A stretch of 64,000 nucleotides of DNA, taken from Eledone cirrhosa. Its lineage: Eukaryota. Positions 1 to 16,070 of this stretch are shown piece after piece. A program made the position numbers and the translations under genes. Position 1 is the first letter of the stretch; each line of letters begins with the position of its first letter. The DNA is taken from NCBI GenBank assembly GCA_964016885.1, contig OZ024740.1, positions 97,216,001-97,280,000 of the forward strand, given 5' to 3'. The notes below the pieces were generated by a model, which was given only the letters and a program-made list of their open reading frames with translations, was not told where the DNA came from and ran no database searches.

Positions 1-845
1 GCCATGTTCGATATGCAGAAAAGGAACTGGCATAAATTCTATAAAATGCACACAATGCAGGTCCTGGGTACACAAGAGATGTAGCGGGATAGCAGGCAAA
101 CTAACAGGTAGGGAGAAATATGTATGCAGTAGATGTACAGGGAAATTAGACAGTAGAAGTCACACTGATAGACACATTTTTCAAATGCGGGAGGGCGCTA
201 TAGAAGTGGTGGATAGCTTCCGGTACCTAGGAGATCAGATTAGCATGGGAGGAGGGTGTTCCGAGGCCATAGTATCTAGAATAAGGACGGGTTGGAAGAA
301 GTTTAGGGAGCTGCTTCCTCTGTTGACGAAGAAGGGTTTCTCCCTGCGTAAGAAAGGCCGGTTGTATGATGCCTGTGTGAGGAGCGCGATGCTGCATGGT
401 AGTGAGACATGGGCAGCAACCGCAGAGGATATGCGACGGCTGGAGAGAAATGAGGCAAGCATGCTCCGTTGGATGTGCAGTGTAAATGTGCGTGAACGAC
501 CCAGCATAAATGTGTTGAGAGAGAAACTGTGTCTGAGAGGGATAGAATGTAGTGTACGGGAGAGGAGACTGAGGTGGTATGGACATGTGATGCGCATGGA
601 GGATGACCGATGGGTGAAGAAGTGCCAGGAAATGCCAGTTGAATGAAGACGTGGTTGAGGTAGACCACGAAAAACATGGGCGGAGGTGGTGAGAACAGAC
701 CTCAGATCATTGAAGCTCACGGTGGAGATGACGAGGGACCGTGACGAGTGGAGAGATGCTGTGCTGAATAAGAACCGTCCCACCCTTGCAAGCAGGGAAA
801 AGCGGACGTTAAATGATTATGATGATGGTGATGATGATGATGATT
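1..845 (+). mobile_element. RTE-clade LINE, 3' portion (truncated by window start), with PHD-like finger and (GAT)n tail
   Basis: Frame open from base 2: PCSICRKG..CTQCRSWVHKRC..CSRC then EVVDSFRYLG, RLYDACVRSAMLHGSETW, RRLRWYGHVMRM, GRPRKTW (RTE C-terminus). Two in-frame TGA at about 644 and 656. Ends GGACGTTAAAT(GAT)n. Confidence 0.92.
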
Positions 846-4745
<3,900 letters not shown>

Positions 4746-5046
4746 TATATTTTCAAGAAATATATTTTAAAAAAATGGTCAAGTGATACAGATAACTGTG
4801 ACACTTAGTGCCTTCGTGGGCCCCTGATATATTCAAGAGATATATTCTAAAAAAATATATATCTTATCTCAATTTACTTTATTTCATTTTATTTTATTTT
4901 ATTTCATTTCATTTTATCTAATTTTATTAATTTAATTTTATTATTTACTTATTTAATTTCATTTATTTATTTGTTTATTTATTTATTTATTCATTTATTT
5001 AAATTTAATTTTAATTTTAATTTTAATTTTATTTATTTAATTAATT

Positions 5047-5086
<40 letters not shown>

Positions 5087-5630
5087 TTACATTTAATTAT
5101 ATCTTATATTATATTATTTGACTTTAGTCTATTTTATTTTATTTTAGTTTACCTTATTTTATCTTATTTTATGATTATATTATACTATGTTCTATTTTAT
5201 ATAATTTTAATTTTAATTTTATATTATTTTATTTCATTCCGTACCCTGTATCACTATTATCTGTATATTTTATATTTTATATGTAAGTTTGTTATATATT
5301 TCTTTATATTTTCTTATATATATTATAAGTCTGTTTTTCACCTATTTTTTACCTACTCTTACCTAATCCTATCTATCTTATCTACTCTTGTCTGTTCTCT
5401 TATCCATGTGTATGCTTGTATGTAACTATATGTTGACAGTACCCCGCCCAACTGTGACTGATAGCCCCCCTTATTTTTCATTGTTTATTTTATTATTTTA
5501 TTTTTATTTTTATTTTTATTTTTATTCTTATTTTTACTTTTACTTCCTTAATATCCTTTATCTTCTATTATTTTTCATTCTTCAATGTCTTGGATTTGTT
5601 ATTGCTTGTATGGTATGTAATTAACCTTTA

Positions 5631-5676
5631 TGCTCTGATGAGTCCCACTTATAGTGCGGATGAAACAATGTTAGCA
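5631..5676 (+). ncRNA. Type I hammerhead ribozyme motif
   Basis: TGCT-CTGATGA-GTCC(CACT TAT AGTG C)GGAT-GAAA-C AAT G-TT-AGCA. Stem I TGCT/AGCA, intact core, minimal stem III, GUU cleavage triplet. Confidence 0.75.
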
Positions 5677-5714
5677 AGTAAAGATATACATATGCTATAG
5701 GCGTTCTTTGTTAT

Positions 5715-5718
5715 TTAT

Positions 5719-5788
<70 letters not shown>

Positions 5789-5812
5789 TATACATATTAG
5801 ATATATATATAT

Positions 5813-5844
<32 letters not shown>

Positions 5845-5995
5845 TATATATATATATATATATTATATATATTATATATATATATATATTATATATATTA
5901 TATATATATATATATATTATATATATTATATATATATATATATTATATATATTATATATATATATATATATTATATATATTATATATATATATAT
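5715..5995. repeat. (TA)n microsatellite
   Basis: Direct reading. Confidence 0.95.
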
Positions 5996-5998
5996 AGC

Positions 5999-6821
5999 GA
6001 AGCGCTAGTTTTGGTTATTTTTCGGAGATTCCTTCGGAGAAGCCTCATTCTAATAGCCTGGTCTATTCAATTTTTTATATAGTTAATAATGCTAATTGGG
6101 AGATGAAATAGTATATATTTTATCTTGTGATTCCATAGACATATTTTATGATATATAGCTCTGATTGTTTAATTTATTAATTTTTGATTGAGCCACAAAG
6201 TGATCGGTTGCAAAATACGTATATGTATGTGTATGTATATATATATATGTAAACTTTTATATGTAATAATCTCCCACTAGGTTGACATAAAAATTTGGCT
6301 GTATTGTGCTGTGCTTTCTAGCAAAAATGCCACCAGTCGTAAGCAACTACCACACCTCTTCCAACTTGACCGCGACTACGTAACGATTTTTAGCCATCTT
6401 GAATGGAATTCTTAGCGCGATCGTTTTGGAAAATTTAATGTCTAGATATGAGCGAGCTTCCTGAAGAATCCGGCGCTCGAGTTTATATAATTATTACATA
6501 ATTATTTTGGGAACTCAAAACACGGACGAAACCATGGTAGAGGTCTTTAAATGTATTCTATTTTCTCTTAGTTTATTTTACACCTAATTCTGCTTAGTTG
6601 ACTGTATCTAGGCGATTACGCTGTCGAAATATTCGATAAATATTCCACTACGGCCGACTAGAAGCGCTAGTTTTGGTTATTTGTCGGAGATTCCTTCATA
6701 GAAGCCTCATTCTTTTAGCCTGGTCTATTCGATTTTTAATATAGTTAATTATGCTAATTGGGAGAGGAAATAGTATATATATTTTATCTTGTGATTCTAT
6801 AGACATGTTTTATGATATATA
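5999..6821 (+). mobile_element. Non-coding HHR-containing element with ~160-bp terminal direct repeats (retrozyme- or Penelope pLTR-like)
   Basis: 5999-6157 is repeated at 6661-6821 (GAAGCGCTAGTTTTGGTTATT...TTTATGATATATA), period 662. One HHR lies between the repeats; (TA)n on both flanks; no ORF. Confidence 0.7.
6456..6544 (+). ncRNA. Type I hammerhead ribozyme motif with long stem II and palindromic stem III
   Basis: GCTTC-CTGAAGA-ATCCG...CGGAC-GAAA-CCATGG-TA-GAGGT. Stem I GCTTC/GAGGT, ACCATGGT palindrome, GUA triplet. The first pair of stem II is an A-C mismatch. Confidence 0.75.
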
Positions 6822-6829
6822 TACATGTA

Positions 6830-7314
<485 letters not shown>

Positions 7315-7449
7315 TTAAATAACAGATTAAAATTTAAGCAAAGAATCGCTGCTTTTGCCCTTAACGGGATCTTATATATTTGATATATATTTATCCTTAT
7401 CGAGCCCGCTTTGGATTTTAATCTTCACATTTATTATTATAACTATAAA

Positions 7450-7645
7450 AGGCGGTGGATTGGCAGTATCGGCAGAGGGTCGGACGCCATGCTTTGACGC
7501 ATAGAATTACGGCCTTTGCCATTCTGTGTTCAAATCCCGCCGAGGTTAACTTTACCTTTCATCCTTATGGGGTCGATAAAATAAAGTACCAGTAATGCAC
7601 TGGGTATTTGCTGGCATTGTGCCAAAAGCAGAAACAACTATTATT
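7450..7645 (+). mobile_element. tRNA-derived SINE, family A
   Basis: GGCGGTGGATTGGCAGTATCGG (A-box-like), GTTCAAATCCCGCC (B-box-like), core CCTTTCATCCTTATGGGGTCGATAAAATAAAGTACCAG, end CAGAAACAACTATTATTA. About 10 related copies in the window. Confidence 0.88.
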
Positions 7646-7761
7646 ACTATATATATATATATAAACAAATAGTAAAAAGGAAAGTAATACAGTAGAAAAT
7701 GTTAGAGGATTTTTTCAGTATAACATCACATTTATTAATAAAGTAAGGATTTCTGCATTTA

Positions 7762-7803
7762 ATCGTGCACCGGTTTCAGCTTTATATGCTTCTTCAACGA
7801 CGG
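7762..7803 (-). ncRNA. Degenerate hammerhead motif next to a possible Penelope-like remnant (7810-8130, minus)
   Basis: Minus strand: GTCGT-TGAAGA-AGC ATATAAA GCT-GAAA-CCGG-TGC-ACGAT. The core C is missing and there is an extra base at the cleavage site; palindromic ACCGGT stem III. Confidence 0.5.
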
Positions 7804-8249
7804 ATGTGTATAGTGCAGTTAAATTGCATATTTAAACGAACATTAATAAAATCGAGAAAACATTTTTTAGTTTTTACTTACATATTTTGAAAGGAAAGTT
7901 CATATTTTTGTCCGTAGTTTTGATAATGTTGACCAATAGAGGTGGTAGCAATTTAAATTGTTGGCTTCCACTGTCGAAGACAATTCCACAATTTCTTGAC
8001 GTATGGATGAAATAGCCACCGATGTCAAACATCAACTCATCCTTACACCTCTGAAGTTCGGAATTCGTCATATAATTTGTCGAATCAACAGTAGTGGATA
8101 GAAAATTATTGATGATGGTGTATGTTCACTTTTATGTTTAATGAAAATATTTAACCCTGTGGGGAGATGCTGTTCACTGGTCGATTGCCGCTATTTAAAA
8201 TTTATTGAAGCTATTTTCTAATGAGCATAACATCCTATTGAATAATATA

Positions 8250-8942
8250 GAAGTCTGTGCATTTAATGGAGCATCTGCTATAGTAGGTAGATACAGAGGT
8301 TTCTATTCTCTTTTAAAACTTTAACTTTTGCATCTTGTTTCAACAGTTGTCTGGATGACTCACCAACAGCAAAAATATCGATAGCAGGCTTAGTGATGTA
8401 CTGCAGTTATTTATTAAAACCGTTAACAATTTAAAATCAAATTCTATGTATGAACGAATTTTTCGTTAGCTTTGCCTTGATAATAATGAAGACTCTGTAC
8501 CACACTGAAGTTTGATGGTTGTCAAAGGCCAACAATGTTGACCATTTTGTCGAAATATTTTATACAACATTTTTTCAAAAAAACCCACCCCTCTGATTAC
8601 TTCAAAATGTGATTCATTTTGCTTAGTGAAATATGTGTTAACCATAAAATTAACCTTGCTCATAAAACCAAATTATATCGTTTATAATTAAATTTAATAA
8701 ATTACAGTTTTGTATGGTCATGCATGCTTTCATTTTTTCTTTAATACTGTATTGGCTGCAACAACTGATTCATAAATCAGGGTTATTTGTTAGCTCCCTT
8801 TGGTACTTTTTACTATATCCTGAAATGCCAATTTATGAACCAGCAAACAAATATTTGCTAAACATTTTTAGCATGGTTATGAATATTTACTATACAAGTG
8901 GACAGTGGAAATATTTTTTTATATGAAAGTTTGGAAACCCTG
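8250..8942 (+). mobile_element. Old hAT (Buster/Charlie-type) transposon remnant
   Basis: Broken translation NGASAIVGRYRGF, TVNNLKSNSMYERIFR*LCLDNNED, HTEV*WLSK. Ends in a right-TIR-like GTTTGGAAACCCTG. Confidence 0.7.
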
Positions 8943-11102
8943 ATTTAGATGATAGAATTAATCCATTATTTGGCTTAAAACCACTGCTTGATCATTGAAT
9001 GTTTGGTGTTGCAAGCATTCATCTTTGAGTAGACGATCCATTTTTTCACCTGTCCCAGAAAGCAATGAAAAGTGTTAGTGACATTACTTTTCTTCTTGAC
9101 TAAGCAATAAAAAAAAAATCATATTTTGTTGCTCATAAAATGAAATAGCTATACTGCCAACATTTTTATTGTTGTTGTTGTGTTACCGAGGTTATCTCAT
9201 CTATATTCTAGACATAGATTCCATAGTATTACATTATTCAAGGTGGCCTTCCTTTTTAAGCCTGTATGGTGTCATATGGAGAATTAACTGATATTTCTAG
9301 CATGGTGAGATGCTGCATAGAGACCTCATTCATTCACTCCTGTTGATATTACATTGCACCCCAAATTATCTCACTTAAATTCAATATTGTATATCAATCT
9401 TGAACTAAATATCTCATCTCATTAAATATTTAACCCTTTTGTAGTGCTGGTGTCATGATAAAATGCACTTGCTCTACTTTGTAAAGTGGTAGTGTTCATG
9501 ATACAATAAAATGCTCGCACCCCACTCTTTAAAATGGTAGCACTGGTTTCATAATAAACGTACTCAGTCCAACCTCTAATGTAGTAGTTTTTGTATCACA
9601 ATAAAATCCTCTTAGTACATACTGTAAAGTTGTTGGCATCAGAAAGGGCAGCCAAAAGTAGAAACCATTCAAAAATGAAATGAATGAGCTAGATATTGTC
9701 ATGTGACAAGTCTAGCACATTTAACCCATGCAACTATGGAAAATAGACATTACATGGTGATGATGATGATTACTTATGATTAAATGGTGATGATTACTTA
9801 TGAAACCAATACATTTGTATAAATTAATGAAGAATCGTTAGGGATTTTCAAAAATTATTTTAATATACAATGTAATTTAAAGAAAATTTAACATAAGATT
9901 ATTACCTACAATTATTTTGGAAGATTTTAATTTAAATAGGAACCTTTAAAAAGGGCAGTTTTATTTAAGAAAACAAGAGGCATTTTCAGTCTGATTGGTG
10001 TTAAAAGGGTAAAAGAAATACAGTTTATAATTGCAATAGTACATGTATAAGAACCCCTGTATAATTAAGGGCAGTATTAAACCAACATTTTCTAATGAGC
10101 TGATCCTGATAGTAGTGTATTGGTTAGCAACAGATGAGCCCTATTTGAACAAGCTTATTATAAACATATTCCAGCCATTATTATCCTATCTTTTCCTCGT
10201 GCATTGTGTACATTTGATTCCTTCAAGAATGCATGAAGAAATGAATTTAAGAACAAAAGGAGATAGGAGAACCATGACACAGTGTCACCAAATCCAGAAC
10301 AAAATATTCCTTGCAGCTACTTTAGCCAAGCCTGCCTGTCTTCTATTAGTCTGGAGTCAACATAGATAGCCTTCTTCCTAAATCTCCAATTCCCAGGTGA
10401 AGCTGCTGATAATGCATATGTAATTTGGTAATTTAAGAGATATTTAGTTGCTATGTCTTGTAGGTCATGCAACAGTTTAATGGCTTCTTTATTGTCTTGG
10501 AATGAAGAAGTGTCTTATCTAATAGATCTTATGTGCTAGCATATACCTCTCTTCAAACAACTGCAAACCAGCAGTGTCATATAAGTAATCACTTGGCACA
10601 CACTATATACTGGCCGGTATTCAAATGGTAACAATATCATTTACAGCAAAGGTTCTCAACGGGGGGGAATATCCACCCCAAGGGGGCGTTTCGGAACTCC
10701 ATGGGGGGCGTTTGGGAGCAAGGGGCATTAGAGGGGCGTTTGGAGCTTTGGGGGCACTGGAAGGCTCTTTACTTTGGTAAGTTTTATGAGCCATATTTGT
10801 ATGTCTTTGAGACAGCCTGTGTGAATGCATTTGAATGGTCTGACGGTAGCTGTGAGCAGGTGTGCAGGTGTGTTTAGACATTAACCGGCAATTGAGATCC
10901 TAACAATGGAAAAACCCACAGTCAACTGGGTCAATGACACTTCAAGTGCAGCTAATTAGAATCTTGTCTTTCCTTTACTGATAACAATGTATTTCATGTC
11001 TGAAATTATTGACTCAACCGCTACAAGTTAACACTCTGTAGATCTATTTTATTTCCTATTGTATAAATAATATTACAAATAAAAATAAAAAAAAAACACA
11101 GA

Positions 11103-11540
11103 AACGGGTAGCACACACATCTAAGAACACATACAACACATAATCAGATAATACACACATCTAGGACCACATACAACACATAAGCAGGTAATACACACAT
11201 CTAGGACCACATACAACACATAAGCAGGTAATACACACATCTAGGACCACATACAGCACATAAGGAGGGAGCAAACACATCTAGGACCACATACAACACA
11301 CAGGAAGGTAATACATACATTTAGTACCACATACAACACATAAGCAGGTAATACAAACATCTAGGACCACATACAACACATAATCAGGTAATACAAACAT
11401 ATAGGACCACATACAACACATAATCAGATAATACATACATCTAGGACCACATGCAATACATAAGCAGATAATACATACATCTAGGACTACCTACAACACA
11501 CAAGCAGGTAATACATACATCTAGGACCAATACAACACAC
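11103..11540. repeat. 40-bp minisatellite, about 11 units
   Basis: Unit GCAGGTAATACACACATCTAGGACCACATACAACACATAA in tandem with no spacers. Confidence 0.93.
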
Positions 11541-11559
11541 ATTGTATCATGTGCTACAT

Positions 11560-13484
11560 ACGACGCAAGAGCAAGAGCAATGGTCGGCCAACATAGGGGT
11601 TTCGTCACTCTTCTGAAGAGAGAAAATCTATCTGTATCTCTTGTACATTGTGTCATTTATCGACAACACTTGGCTGCGAAGAAACTCACCAAGCCTTGCA
11701 GGTGGCACTTGATGTCATCAATTTTATCAAACGCCATTCCCTTACTGAACAAATTTTCCGGCAACTGTGCCAAGATAATGACGAAGTACGTGCAGAGGAC
11801 CTGCGCAGACTGGAAAGGAAGGAAGCATGCATGCTCCGTTGGATGTGTAATAGTAATATACGTGAGCGGCAAAGCATGAATGAATTGAGAGAGAGACTGA
11901 GAATAAGAGGAATCAAATGTTGTGTGCAGGAGAGCAGCTTGCATATGTAATAGTGATATACGTGAACAGCAAAGCATAAATGAACTAAGTGAGAAATTAG
12001 GAATAAGAGGGATCAGATGCTGATTATTTGAGAGAATTTTACGTTGGTATGGCCATGTGATGCGCATGAAAGACGACAGCTGTATAAAAAAGTGCAGCGC
12101 GATCAAAATTGATGGTAGTTACGGAGTATGTAGACCCAGAAAAACCTGGGACGATCTGATAAATTCCGACCTTACACACCTGTACCTCTCTAAGACAATG
12201 TCACTGGACCGAGATCTTTGGCGCTACGAAGTAATACAGAAGACCCGCCTTGCCTATGTACAAAGCGAAACCTACAGTCAGTAGGTACCTCTTAACCAAA
12301 TATACACCCCAATCCACTACTCCTACCCTATCCTCCCACTCCCACCAACACCACACTCTCTCTGTAACGTTGGTACCACAACATCCAGTCCAAATAAATG
12401 AGATAATGAGATCAAGATCGTGTAGGTGTCACGACAAAAAAACAAAAACAAAAAAACATAGTCCATGCTGTAATGTGGCCGTGTAGGTAACATGGTAAAA
12501 AGTTCCCAGTTCCACACTGTAAATGGGGTTGGTGTTAGGAAGGGCATCCAGCCGTAGAAAACCTGCCAGATAGTCCTATATGAGCGAGACAAGGTCACCC
12601 GACCTACCTTGCCTCAAGTGGGACAACTCCCGTCTAACCCATGCTAGCGTGGAAGATGGACGTTAAACGAAGATGATTATGATGATGATGAATTCGTCAA
12701 GTTGCTCCTTCATAATAAAGTGAGGTGGCTTTCAAAGGGCAAGTGCCTTACTCACTTCTTTGAACTGTTCGACTCTATCATTGAGTTTCTGCGCGGACGC
12801 AACACAGAACTGTACAAGAAAACCCTCGATGTGAGGCAAAACTGTGCCTACCTCACCAACATCGTCGACAAATGCAATAGCGTCATTTTGGCTTTGCAGG
12901 GGAAGAAGATCACCTTGCTTAAAGCAAGGAATGTTGTGAAAACATTCCTGGCCAAATTGAATGTCATTGAAAGGAATTTTTGTTGACGGGAATTCTATAA
13001 TTTTCCTAGCGTTGCCAATGTTCAAAACATTGTAAGCGATGACCAACTCCAAATTTATACCGCTCACCTCCGTGCGCTACAAGACAGCATGAGAGAACGG
13101 TTTGTCGACCTTTTGCCGATGGACATCCCAATGTGGGTAGCAGATCCCTTCATAGCTAACGTATTTTCAGGAAGAATCATTGAACTTCAAGCAGATGACA
13201 TGATCAAAATTAGATTTCCCTAAATAGGTGAACCCCTTTTTTGGATGCAAGAGGAAATTCAGCGTCGATTCCCACACCTACATGCAGAGGCTAAGAGATT
13301 TGCTCTGCCTTTTCCAAACTCATACTTAGTCAAGAGGAGGTTTGGTGCTGTTTCCAGACTGCCCAGTAAGGCTCGCAACCGCTACAATGTAATTACACGT
13401 GGAGATCTCCGGCTACATCTTACAAAAATCCAGCGTGACGTCAAAGAGTTAGCTAGACTCTATACATTTCAAGGGTCCCATTGA
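11560..13484 (+). pseudogene. hAT transposase pseudogene split by an RTE insertion
   Basis: AMVGQHRGFV..VHCVIYRQHLAAK..VINFIK..IFRQLCQDNDE | insertion 11786-12690 | EFVKLLLHNKVRWLSKG..AYLTNI..LQGK..PFPNSYLVKRRFGAV..RGDLRLHLT. Stops and frameshifts present. Confidence 0.88.
11786..12690 (+). mobile_element. 5'-truncated RTE LINE with long 3' UTR, nested in the hAT transposase
   Basis: AEDLRRLERKEACMLRWMC..LRWYGHVMRM..RPRKTW. UTR motif TGGTGTTAGGAAGGGCATCCAGC; ends GGACGTTAAAC(GAT)n. Confidence 0.88.
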
Positions 13485-14323
13485 AATGAGGTCAAAGTTA
13501 AAGTAAGTTGATTTATCTGAAAACTTGGATATGCTATTGTTACAAAGCAAACTAACAATTTTTTTTTATTTGTAGTTGCAGTCTGACTGGACTGGAAACC
13601 ATCTACTACAATTCACTTACTCATTTATTGCATATATTTTACCATTTACTAATGAATATACCCTCTTCTGTGGTCTCTAAGCTCACAAAGCAGAGGGGAC
13701 ATCAAGTTAGATATCAACATTTATTCTGTCCGTTTCATTAAAGGGAAAATTGTAAAGCTTTGAAATGATATAATTGCCACTTTATTCCAGATAAGAGCAC
13801 TCTTTGGATAGACAGAGTTGCTCTTGTATAAATGTTAAAAAATAGTTGGTTTCGCCTGGTGGGAATATAACAAATTCAACTGGTCCTTATTCATAAAAAA
13901 AAACATTTATGTTCCTTTTTTTGAAATTTATATTTATACACTCAGCTGCCTGCAATGGTATCTTTGGAATATTATTAATCAATTTTTTTAGTAATCTACA
14001 GATATCAACAAATCAGTAGTATATTGAAAAATGGAAAAATAGGGTAGGGGGGCGTTTCGTAATTTCGAGGGACAAAAGGGGGCGTTTGGCCTAAATGGGT
14101 TGAGAACCTGTGATGTACAGCTTTCTTATCAGTCATATCATTAAAAAGACAATCTCATTGTTGGTAGTTGTGCCATTATAAAATGCAATGTGGTTGATGT
14201 TAGGGCATTTTCTGTAGAAACTATGCTAAGATGGAGTATAAAAGAATGAGAACAGCTGCTCTGATTATGAATTGACTGGCTTAGCAAGAACTCAGCTGTG
14301 TGTAAAAGTGGATTTAAAATAAT

Positions 14324-14508
14324 TGTTTCTATTTTAGGCACATGGCAATTACCCAGTACATTACTGGTACTTTTATTTTTACCGACCCCGTAAGGATGAA
14401 AGGCAAAGTTAACCTCGGCGAGTTTGAACTTAGATCATAAAGGGACGTAACTCTATGCTTCAACGCATGGTGTCCGACTCTCTACAGATACTGCCAATCC
14501 ACCGCCCT
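14324..14508 (-). mobile_element. SINE family A with 16-bp TSD
   Basis: Reverse complement of the 7450 SINE. TSD GTGGAT(T/G)TAAAATAAT at 14308-14323 and 14509-14524. Confidence 0.9.
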
Positions 14509-14815
14509 GTGGATGTAAAATAATGATATTTGAAGGGCAGTGATTGAAACAGAAAAGAATTTCAATAGACTGAAAGAATAAAATTATCTTTGTGAGAATA
14601 AATTATGAAGAATTTTCATGTGGGAATCTTGTGATTAATTTCAATCCAGCATTTAGTTGAGTTTACTCCTATAGTGAAATTATAACTTTGAATGTTAAAT
14701 TTCACAATTTTGTATAACATTTGCTGTTACCTTAATAATAATCTATTTTTGATATAGAAATTGGTCTCTCTCTGTCTCTCTTTCTGTCCTTCTCTCCCCC
14801 TCTCTCTCTATACAG

Positions 14816-14873
<58 letters not shown>

Positions 14874-14895
14874 ATATTATATAAATAGATAGATA

Positions 14896-15753
14896 TATTT
14901 CTTTATTAGCCACAGGGGCACAAAAGAAGGGGACAAATACAAAGGGGGAAGTTTACATACAATAAAAACGTGTAAAATGTTATCACAGATGGAATTTAAA
15001 AGTTAGTCGATTTTCCCCAATAGAGGGAGACAGTTTATATGGGTAACACATACCCCCGAAAAAAAATGTGCAACCCTCATCTCCAGGAGTACGAAGAGCT
15101 TGTACTCCTTTCCTCTCCTCCTCCTTTTCCTCAACCTACAGGCTGATATAGAGAGAAGGCCCATTCACTCGGGCCATTCTTGCCACTTTCACCCACCTTT
15201 CATAAAACTTGCTGGGGTACAGCACCTCTCTCTCCATCCTGATTCTTCTTCCAAAGTGGTATTTTAAGAAAAGAATCAGTTGTTGGCCGGAGAGAAAGGT
15301 GTCTGACCTCAGCCCTTTCAACCTTGTCCACCATACAACCTCTTTCGCCATAGCTATCACACAAAGGAAAACCGCCTCTCCTTCGTTTTTGAAGGAGGGT
15401 GGCGGTTTGATCATGACAATGGACTCGGTGGTCAACTGGATTGTTCCCACCCGCGACAATAGTCGTTCTACATAGCCCCACAGGTCAGTGACGCCCGGGC
15501 AGTGTATGAATGCGTGCGCGACGGTTTCTTCGTCTCGCACGCACCTCGGACAGATCTTTTTTGCAGGGTCCCTGCCCGGGCGCCCATGTCTGTAGAGCTT
15601 GTCTCGAACTGGTAGAGCTCCTCGGTAGCACTGCCAGGCCAGGGACTTTTGGAAGTTGTCCATCGGTCCCGGGCGGAAGGTCCTACCGAACAGACTGGCC
15701 AGTTCATCTTCCTCTACGCCTAGAGTTTCACCGAGCGCGTCGTCGCACTTATA
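14896..15753 (-). mobile_element. Tx1/L1-type LINE 3' fragment with 17-bp TSD in (TATC)/(GATA) repeats
   Basis: SLAWQCYRGALPVRDKL..CPRCVRDEETVAHAFIHC (C-terminal CCHC of L1/Tx1 ORF2). 3' UTR with AATAAA. ATATAAATAGATAGATA at 14879-14895 and 15754-15770. Confidence 0.85.
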
Positions 15754-15767
15754 ATATAAATAGATAG

Positions 15768-15855
<88 letters not shown>

Positions 15856-16026
15856 TCCACACTGTAACGTGGCTGGTGTTAGGAAGGGCATCCAGTCGTA
15901 GATAACCCGCCAGACAGTCCTATGCGAGTAAGACAACCACTCTTGCCTCAAGTGGGAAAACTCCCGTCCAAACCCATGCAAGCGTGGAATATGGACGTTA
16001 AACGATGATGATGATGATGATGATGA

Positions 16027-16030
<4 letters not shown>
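15856..16030 (+). mobile_element. RTE 3'-UTR fragment with (GAT)n tail
   Basis: Matches 12510-12690. Confidence 0.8.

Positions 16031-16070
<40 letters not shown>

Larger units (their letters stand above)
10647..14112 (+). mobile_element. hAT (Buster/Charlie-type) DNA transposon, decayed, with nested insertions
   Basis: TIRs CAAAGGTTCTCAAC / GTTGAGAACCTGTG. 8-bp TSD ATTTACAG (10639-10646) / ATGTACAG (14113-14120) with central TA. Subterminal GGGGGCGTTT repeats at both ends; transposase remnants inside. Confidence 0.9.

Noticed and set aside
7450-7545. tRNA gene calls for SINE heads
   Set aside because: A/B boxes are present but there is no cloverleaf, and they are followed by SINE body and tail.
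11103-11540. CRISPR-like appearance of 40-bp repeats
   Set aside because: Contiguous tandem units without unique spacers, no cas genes, eukaryotic context.
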